A stretch of 64,000 bases of DNA from Candidatus Omnitrophota bacterium (lineage in GTDB: Bacteria; Omnitrophota; Gorgyraeia; 2-01-FULL-45-10), in contig JAUYOL010000004.1 of NCBI GenBank assembly GCA_030695905.1, positions 2,874 through 66,873 on the forward strand, given 5' to 3'. A program made the translations under genes and the position numbers. Shown here in pieces: positions 56,140 through 64,000 of the stretch (position 1 is the stretch's first letter; each line of letters begins with the position of its first letter). The notes beneath the pieces are model-generated. The model did not search any database and was not told where the DNA came from. It worked only from the letters and a program-made list of their open reading frames with translations.

Positions 56140-57378
56140 ATGAAGAAGCAGGGCAAGATTTACATACTTGATGTTACGAACAGAGACGGTGTGCAGACAT
56201 CCAGGCTGGGTCTGGCAAAACTACAAAAGACGATGATCAATATCTACCTGAATGAAATGGGTGTCGCGCAGTCTGAGTTTGGTTTTCCGGTTACGCGCCA
56301 TGAAACAAATTATCTTAACGCCAACCTTGAGCTTGCTAAGATGGGTGTGCTAAAGCCTATAGTTTTAAGCGGCTGGATCAGGGCGATAAAAGAAGATGTC
56401 GAAAAGGCGTGCAAGATGACGAAGATCGAAAATCTTAACCTTTCGATATCTACATCCGATCAGATGATAGGTGGAAAGTTTCAGGGTAAATATACAAAAG
56501 ATGATGTTATAAAAGAGATGACGGAAGCCGTACGCACCGCGCGTAAGCTCGGTGTAAAACTTATCGGCGTAAATTCCGAAGACGCCTCAAGGACACGCAT
56601 AGACTATCTTATAAAATTTGCCAGAGCCGCGAAGAAAGCAGGCGCTGACAGGATCCGCTATTGTGACACGCTTGGGTATGACGACCCATTTTCGATTTAT
56701 GACAGGATAAAGATCCTGGCAGAGGAAGTTAAACTTCCCATAGAATTGCATTGCCATAATGATCTGGGTATGGCCGTCGCCTGTTCGGTTGCGGGCGCGA
56801 AAGCCGCCATAGATGCGGGTGTAAACGCTTATATCAATACCACGGTCAATGGCATGGGCGAAAGAGCGGGTAATGCCGATCTGGTGAGCGTAATACTGGC
56901 GATAAAATATTCCAGCGGTCTGCGGGATAAGTATATTTTGGACGAGAGAATAAAGCTCTCCTGCGCATGGAAGATAGCGAAATACGCATCATATGCTTTT
57001 GGTGTGCCGCTGCCGATAAATCAGCCGGGTGTGGGGGCCAATGCTTTTGCGCACGAATCCGGTATACACGCGGATGGCGCTTTGAAGGATAGAAGAAATT
57101 ATGAATTGTATGATTTTGAAGAGCTGGGCCGGGGAGAACCAGAACTGATAGAGACCGGCAGGCAGATTACCGCCGGAGAATATAGCGGTATAAAAGGCTT
57201 CAGGAACGTTTATGAAAAGCTCGAGATAAAATTTAAAGATGAAAAAGACGCCGCAAAGATCCTGGAGCTTGTTCGCTATGCGAACGTCCACACCCAGAGG
57301 CCTCTCACAGAAGATGAGTTAAGGTTTATTGCGACCTATCCAGAAATCGCGCGTAAAATATTTACGATGACCCCATAA
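56140..57378 (+). CDS. DRE-TIM metallolyase of the homocitrate synthase/LeuA family, probably Re-citrate synthase
   Basis: DVTNRDGVQ, EDASR, CDTLG, HCHNDLG, G.GERAGN, AFAHESGIH. No LeuA regulatory domain. Confidence 0.8.
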   Translation: MKKQGKIYILDVTNRDGVQTSRLGLAKLQKTMINIYLNEMGVAQSEFGFPVTRHETNYLNANLELAKMGVLKPIVLSGWIRAIKEDVEKACKMTKIENLNLSISTSDQMIGGKFQGKYTKDDVIKEMTEAVRTARKLGVKLIGVNSEDASRTRIDYLIKFARAAKKAGADRIRYCDTLGYDDPFSIYDRIKILAEEVKLPIELHCHNDLGMAVACSVAGAKAAIDAGVNAYINTTVNGMGERAGNADLVSVILAIKYSSGLRDKYILDERIKLSCAWKIAKYASYAFGVPLPINQPGVGANAFAHESGIHADGALKDRRNYELYDFEELGRGEPELIETGRQITAGEYSGIKGFRNVYEKLEIKFKDEKDAAKILELVRYANVHTQRPLTEDELRFIATYPEIARKIFTMTP

Positions 57379-57395
57379 TATAAGGAGGGTGAGTC

Positions 57396-58028
57396 ATGAG
57401 GAAGATGCTTTTTTTTGCAGCAGCTATGATTATTGTATCGGTTCTGTTTTTAGATATGGCTAAATGCGAAGAAAAAAAACAATCCGGTCAGGCGCCTGAA
57501 AGAATGAGCGTGCTGGACAGGATCAAAAAAAGTTATAACGATTTTAGGAATCGCGGCCAAGTGAAAAAAGCGAGCGTTCCTGTGCCGGCGCCTATAGCCA
57601 AAAAAGAAGAGAAGAAAAAGCCCGCCACCAAAGAAGAATTGCTGCAAGATATTAAAGATGACCTCAAGACGCAGGAAGAGATACTTGAGGCTATGCCTTC
57701 TCTAAAGGCGGAAAAAGACAGCGAAGGAAAAGTGTTCTACGCATTCAATGGCGTAAAAATAGATGACATGAGCAAGGAGGAATTGGAGCAGCTGTTCAGC
57801 AAAGTTGGGCAATTAGCTGTAAAATTCAGGACAGAAAGAATACAGAGGCAGTTAGATACGGTAAGACAGGCTAATCAGGGCGGGCCGGGTAGAGTCCCTG
57901 TGGCAGCGCCTTCCGCGCCTCAATCCCTGCGTGCCCCAACGCTGCCAGCACCCCCAAGAGCATCGGCACCACCGCCAGCTCCGCCAAGAGCATCGGCACC
58001 ACCGCCAGCTCCGCCTTCGCGAAGGTAA
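57396..58028 (+). CDS. Exported hypothetical protein with Pro-rich C-terminal tail
   Basis: AAGGAGG RBS, signal peptide, helical core, PRASAPPPAP repeats. Confidence 0.75.
   Translation: MRKMLFFAAAMIIVSVLFLDMAKCEEKKQSGQAPERMSVLDRIKKSYNDFRNRGQVKKASVPVPAPIAKKEEKKKPATKEELLQDIKDDLKTQEEILEAMPSLKAEKDSEGKVFYAFNGVKIDDMSKEELEQLFSKVGQLAVKFRTERIQRQLDTVRQANQGGPGRVPVAAPSAPQSLRAPTLPAPPRASAPPPAPPRASAPPPAPPSRR
57954..58015 (+). repeat. Exact 30-bp in-frame tandem duplication
   Basis: CCAAGAGCATCGGCACCACCGCCAGCTCCG x2. Confidence 0.9.
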
Positions 58029-58038
58029 TGGATAATAA

Positions 58039-59316
<1,278 letters not shown>

Positions 59317-59338
59317 CCTTCTTTAAATTTCGATCAAA

Positions 59339-60037
59339 ATGTCTAATACACCAGAACACGTCGCGATCATAATGGACGGTAACGGCAGGTGGGCGAGGAA
59401 AAGAGGCCTGCCTAAAATAGCCGGGCACCGCGCCGGCGCAAAGTCGGTTAGGGAAGTTATCAAGGCCGCTAAAGAGTCCGGTGTAAAGATCCTTACCTTA
59501 TATACATTCTCCACAGAAAACTGGAAGAGGCCTAAACATGAAGTGGCCGCGCTCTTCAAATTACTCGAAGATTATCTATGCAAAGAGATTGAATCCTTTC
59601 ATAAAAATGATATAAAACTATCGGTTATAGGCAGGATGGAAGAGCTGCCTGAGAACACGCAAAGAAAGTTGGCGGATGTTATTAATAAGACAAAAGATAA
59701 TAAATCCCTGATATTAAATCTGGCGCTGAACTATGGGAGCAGGACTGAAATATTGGATGCCGTGCGCAAGATAGCGGATGACTGCGTCTTGGGAAGGCTC
59801 AAGGCGGACCAGGTGGACGAAAAAACCTTTAGCAGATATCTTTATACAAAGGATCTTCCGGACCCCGACCTTTTAATAAGAACCTCCGGGGAGATGAGGG
59901 TATCAAATTTTCTTTTATGGCAGATATCGTACGCGGAATTATATGTGACAAGTAAGCTTTGGCCTGATTTCAGATCGTCCGATTTTAAGAAGGCGGTAAA
60001 AGAGTATCAGGACAGGGAGAGAAGATATGGCGGATAA
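59339..60037 (+). CDS. uppS: Undecaprenyl diphosphate synthase
   Basis: HVAIIMDGNGRWA, FSTENWKRP, NYGSR, DLLIRTSGE.R.SNFLLWQ. Confidence 0.98.
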   Translation: MSNTPEHVAIIMDGNGRWARKRGLPKIAGHRAGAKSVREVIKAAKESGVKILTLYTFSTENWKRPKHEVAALFKLLEDYLCKEIESFHKNDIKLSVIGRMEELPENTQRKLADVINKTKDNKSLILNLALNYGSRTEILDAVRKIADDCVLGRLKADQVDEKTFSRYLYTKDLPDPDLLIRTSGEMRVSNFLLWQISYAELYVTSKLWPDFRSSDFKKAVKEYQDRERRYGG

Positions 60038-60848
60038 TAGTTCCCTGGGCAAAAGAGTTGTAAGTTCCGTAATAATACTTACTCTGGTGGGGCTCGTTAT
60101 ATTTTGTTTTCCGAATTGGGTCTTCGCGCTGCTTGCCTGCGCGATGATAGGCCTTGGGTTATGGGAATTTTTCAGCCTCGCGGAGAAGAAGGGTATATTC
60201 GTCTATAAATATTTTGGCATACTTATAGGTATGCTCGTTCCGGTAATAATATATTTTCAAATGGGTATGGAAGGCTATGTCACGACCGAGCCATTTATTA
60301 TAGTGATAGCGTGTCTATTCACATTCGTTCTTTTATTTACAAGAAGGGAAAACTCACAGGCTCTTGCCAGCGTAGCGGTGACGATGTTCGGCCTTTTATA
60401 CATAGCATGGTTCTTTTCATTTTTTATAAAACTGAAGTTTCTGCCGCAAGGGTCATTATTGGTGGTCTTTTTGATAGTTGTAACCAAGATGGGTGATGTA
60501 GGAGCGTATTTTATAGGAAAATCTTTCGGTAAACACAGTCTTATACCGCGCATCAGCCCCAATAAAACCGTTGAGGGGACAATAGGAGGCCTGCTTTTCA
60601 GCGTAGGCAGCGCCCTTGCGGGCAAACTATATCTTCCCAATTTTTCATTTGCGCATCTTTTGACCTTAGGGTTTCTATTGGGGATACTGGCGCAGATGGG
60701 AGACCTTGCCGAGTCGCTTATAAAAAGAGATTGTTCGGTCAAGGACGCCAGTGGCAGCATACCAGGATTCGGAGGCATGCTCGATATTATAGATAGTCTT
60801 ATCTTCACCGTCCCCATATTTTATTTTTACGTAAAGGTGCTGGTTTAA
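60027..60848 (+). CDS. cdsA: Phosphatidate cytidylyltransferase
   Basis: D..AYF.G..FGKH, ISPNKTVEG, GDLAES.IKR...KD, PG.GG.LD..DS. Confidence 0.96.
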   Translation: MADNSSLGKRVVSSVIILTLVGLVIFCFPNWVFALLACAMIGLGLWEFFSLAEKKGIFVYKYFGILIGMLVPVIIYFQMGMEGYVTTEPFIIVIACLFTFVLLFTRRENSQALASVAVTMFGLLYIAWFFSFFIKLKFLPQGSLLVVFLIVVTKMGDVGAYFIGKSFGKHSLIPRISPNKTVEGTIGGLLFSVGSALAGKLYLPNFSFAHLLTLGFLLGILAQMGDLAESLIKRDCSVKDASGSIPGFGGMLDIIDSLIFTVPIFYFYVKVLV

Positions 60849-62000
60849 ATGCCAAGAAGAATTGCCATCCTCGGCTCGACGGGCTCAATAGGAGTTAATG
60901 CGTTAAAGGTAGCGTCTTCCCTCGGTAAAGAGGTAGAAATTATCGCCCTTTCCGCCGATTCCAATATAAAGGTGTTAGCCCGGCAGGTTAATATTTTTAA
61001 TCCCAAGGTAATATGCGTAAGGGATGGATCTTATGCGCAAAAAATAAAAAAAATAATCCCTTCGTGTGTAAAAGTGCTCTGCGGCAATGACGGCCTCGAA
61101 GAAATAGCTTCAAGAGCAGATATCGATACGGTTCTATTCGCTATAAGCGGCTTATCATGCACTAAACCCTTGATAAAGGCCATAGAAAGCAAAAAAAAGA
61201 TAGCCCTTGCCAATAAAGAAGCGCTGGTAAGCGCGGGCTCTATCATAATGCGCCTTGCAAAAGAGAATGGCGTTAATATCATACCGATAGATAGCGAACA
61301 TAGCGCGATATTTCAGTGCCTGGAAGGCAAAAGAGAGTATCTGAAGAAGCTCTATCTTACAGCCACCGGAGGGCCGCTTCGCGATATTCCAAAAAGCAGG
61401 TTTGATAGGTTATCCCCCAATTTTATTCTAAATCACCCTAAGTGGAAGATGGGTAAAAAAATATCAGTAGATTCAGCGACTATGATGAATAAAGGACTGG
61501 AGATTATTGAGGCTAAATGGCTTTTTGACGTGGACGCAGGCGATATTGAGGTCGTAGTGCATCCCGAAGCTATAATACATTCGATGATAAGTCTTATAGA
61601 CGGCACTTTTTTCGCTCAATTGAGCGTTCCGGACATGCGCCTTCCGATTCAGTATGCGATAACATATCCGGTCCGCTTTGATACAAAATTGAGAAGTTTG
61701 AATTTTTCGCAGATAAGGAGTCTTTCGCTGGAAAGACCCGATACGAAGAAATTTCCGTGTCTTAACCTTGCGCAAAGAGCGCTTGAGATGGCAGGAGTGT
61801 ATCCGGCGCTTCTCAATGCCGCCAATGAGGAGGCTGTGAAAAAATATTTGGAATGTAAAATTAAATTTAGCCGCATACCTTATATAATAGAGAAGGTGCT
61901 GGCCGGATACACCGGCTCAAAGATAAAGGAATTATCGTTGAATGAAATAATCGGTGCGGAATGTTGGGCAAGAGAGGAGGCCTTAAGACTTTGTCATTAA
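60849..62000 (+). CDS. dxr: 1-deoxy-D-xylulose-5-phosphate reductoisomerase
   Basis: LGSTGSIG, LANKE, PIDSEHSAIFQ, HPKW.MG.KISVDSATMMNKGLE, NAANE. Confidence 0.97.
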   Translation: MPRRIAILGSTGSIGVNALKVASSLGKEVEIIALSADSNIKVLARQVNIFNPKVICVRDGSYAQKIKKIIPSCVKVLCGNDGLEEIASRADIDTVLFAISGLSCTKPLIKAIESKKKIALANKEALVSAGSIIMRLAKENGVNIIPIDSEHSAIFQCLEGKREYLKKLYLTATGGPLRDIPKSRFDRLSPNFILNHPKWKMGKKISVDSATMMNKGLEIIEAKWLFDVDAGDIEVVVHPEAIIHSMISLIDGTFFAQLSVPDMRLPIQYAITYPVRFDTKLRSLNFSQIRSLSLERPDTKKFPCLNLAQRALEMAGVYPALLNAANEEAVKKYLECKIKFSRIPYIIEKVLAGYTGSKIKELSLNEIIGAECWAREEALRLCH

Positions 62001-63070
62001 TCTATTTTTTGATCGTATTAAGCATCCTGGTTTTGATACATGAATTCGGCCATTTTATCGTGGCAAAAAAATTGGGTGTGCGTGTAGAAAAATTTTCTTT
62101 TGGTTTTGGCCCGAAGCTTTTTTCCATCAAAAAGGGCGAAACAGAGTATCTGATATCCGCGATTCCTTTGGGTGGATATGTGAAGATGGCCGGAGACGAG
62201 CCTGGCGAGGCATTAAAGGGCGAAAGATGCGAATTTTTATCGAGATCGATACTGGATCGCTTCAATATAATATTCGCGGGCCCACTTTTAAACTATATCC
62301 TGGCATTCGTAATATTCTCTGTTATATTTATGTTCGGAAGCCCTACTCTTACCACAGAGGTAGGGTCTCTCATGAACGACTATCCCGCGGCCAAGAGCGG
62401 TATATCTATAGGGGATAGAGTAATGCAGATAGACGGTAAAAGTGTCAAATACTGGGAAGATATGACGGCTATTATACATAAGCATCTGGATGGCCCCATA
62501 AAGTTGAAGATCCAGAGAAAGGATGCAATTGTAGATTTTGAGATACAGCCCGTCATCCGTGACATGAAAGATATCTTCGGCAAGACAAATAGAATTGCCC
62601 TTCTTGGCATAGCGCCGTCACAGAAGATAGAAAATGTTAAGTATGGATTTTTCGACGCGTTTGGAATGGGTTTTAAGAAGCTCGTGGACCTCACTGTTAT
62701 AACCTACAGGGCGTTGTGGTCAATAATATGCGGCAAGATGTCGCTTAAAGAGTCTATGACGGGTCCTATAGGTATATTTATAATAACGGGTAAGGCGGCG
62801 CAGATGGGCCTGATATATCTTGTGCATCTTATGGGGCTATTGAGCGCGTCTCTTGCGATATTTAATTTGTTGCCTCTGCCTGTGCTTGACGGGGGGCATA
62901 TATTGTTTCTCGCGATAGAGAAGTTGAGGGGGAAGCCTCTTTCTATGAAGACCCAGGAAGTTATCGCAAATGTCGGGGTGGCCTTTCTGATATTATTAAC
63001 GGTATTTATATTTTACAATGACATAATAAAGTTCGGTGTGTTTAAAAATATGGCTAAATTTTTCAAATGA
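61991..63070 (+). CDS. rseP: RIP metalloprotease RseP
   Basis: HEFGH, PLGGYVKM, one PDZ domain, NLLPLPVLDGG. TTG 61991 follows GAGGAGG. Confidence 0.95.
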   Translation: MSLIYFLIVLSILVLIHEFGHFIVAKKLGVRVEKFSFGFGPKLFSIKKGETEYLISAIPLGGYVKMAGDEPGEALKGERCEFLSRSILDRFNIIFAGPLLNYILAFVIFSVIFMFGSPTLTTEVGSLMNDYPAAKSGISIGDRVMQIDGKSVKYWEDMTAIIHKHLDGPIKLKIQRKDAIVDFEIQPVIRDMKDIFGKTNRIALLGIAPSQKIENVKYGFFDAFGMGFKKLVDLTVITYRALWSIICGKMSLKESMTGPIGIFIITGKAAQMGLIYLVHLMGLLSASLAIFNLLPLPVLDGGHILFLAIEKLRGKPLSMKTQEVIANVGVAFLILLTVFIFYNDIIKFGVFKNMAKFFK

Positions 63071-64000
63071 TAACCAGACGCAAAACAAGACAGGTTAAAG
63101 TCGGGAATGTAAAGATAGGAGGCAACGCGTCCGTATCGATACAGTCGATGGCGAAGTTTGACACATCTAACGTGGCAAGAGTTGTATCTCAGATTGAGGG
63201 CCTTGAAAAATGCGGATGTGAGATCATAAGAGTCGCGGTCAAGACAACCGAAGACGCGAAGGCGATCAAAGAGATAAAGAAGAAAATAGGCATACCGCTC
63301 GTTGCGGATATCCATTTTGATTATAGACTGGCGCTCGAGTCCATAAAAAGCGGCGCGGATAAGATACGCCTTAATCCCGGGAATATGAAGAATCGCGACG
63401 AGATTGCGCAGGTAGTGCGGGCCGCGAAGAAGGCAAGGATACCGATAAGGATTGGCGTCAATTCAGGATCGACATCGTGCGACTTCGTTGATTCGGCGTT
63501 AAAATACGTCAAATTATTTGAGGATTTGGATTTTCATGATATAATCATCTCTCTTAAAGGATCGGATGTTTCACAGACCGTAGAAGCTTATAGGAGAATA
63601 TCGAAGCGGTGTGATTACCCACTGCATCTGGGTGTTACGGCTTCCGGTCCATACGATTGCGGTATAATAAAGTCATCGATAGGGATAGGTACGCTGCTTT
63701 TAGACGGCATAGGGGATACTATAAGAGTATCATTGACGGCCGAGCCCAAAACCGAAGTGGTGGCGGCAAAGAGAATTTTAAGCTCTTTAGGCTTGAGGAA
63801 ATTCGGTCCGGAAATTATTTCGTGCCCTACATGCGGCCGCTGTCAGGTGGATCTTGTGAGCATAGTCCAGGAGTTAGAGGATGAGTTTGCGGCCTATGGC
63901 TCAAAGTCCAAAACAAAGAAGCCCGTAACAATAGCGGTGATGGGTTGCGAAGTGAATGGGCCCGGCGAAGCCAGTCAGGCCGATATAGGGATAGCATTCG
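63067..64000 (+). CDS. ispG: HMBPP synthase IspG (3'-truncated by the window edge)
   Basis: Manual translation from ATG 63067: MITRRKTRQVKVG...IQSM, PLVADIHF, RLNPGN, RIGVNSGS, PLHLGVT, GIGDTIRVSL, SCPTCGR, MGCEVNGPGE. Confidence 0.96.
   Translation, partial: MITRRKTRQVKVGNVKIGGNASVSIQSMAKFDTSNVARVVSQIEGLEKCGCEIIRVAVKTTEDAKAIKEIKKKIGIPLVADIHFDYRLALESIKSGADKIRLNPGNMKNRDEIAQVVRAAKKARIPIRIGVNSGSTSCDFVDSALKYVKLFEDLDFHDIIISLKGSDVSQTVEAYRRISKRCDYPLHLGVTASGPYDCGIIKSSIGIGTLLLDGIGDTIRVSLTAEPKTEVVAAKRILSSLGLRKFGPEIISCPTCGRCQVDLVSIVQELEDEFAAYGSKSKTKKPVTIAVMGCEVNGPGEASQADIGIAF

Overview
A 64-kb stretch of core bacterial chromosome in which every credible gene lies on the + strand. Gene content and style suggest an LPS-producing diderm, plausibly a PVC-superphylum organism such as Ca. 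Omnitrophota (inference only). In order: dnaG (5'-truncated), rpoD, tRNA-Ile2(CAT), tRNA-Val(CAC), a zinc-ribbon protein, rnhA and RNase P RNA; a dcw cluster from mraZ to ftsA with no ftsZ; a 7-gene accessory block starting with a PilZ protein; yggS-proC-yggT-mtnP-ileS-dksA-lspA; a large lipid A/Kdo/heptose/Lpt locus; tig-clpP; serine and citrate-synthase-like genes; purA-uppS-cdsA-dxr-rseP-ispG (3'-truncated). Main oddities: (1) FtsA appears to lack most of the FtsZ-binding subdomain 2B, and the ftsZ slot is occupied by other genes; (2) the RNase P RNA lacks P13/P14 and carries an extra insertion; (3) a 238-bp nested palindromic element; (4) heptamer repeats inside coding sequences; (5) LpxL-ELM1, GT4-GT9 and LptC-LptA fusions. 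No CRISPR array, transposase, integrase or phage gene was seen. All calls come from motif recognition by eye; no searches were run.
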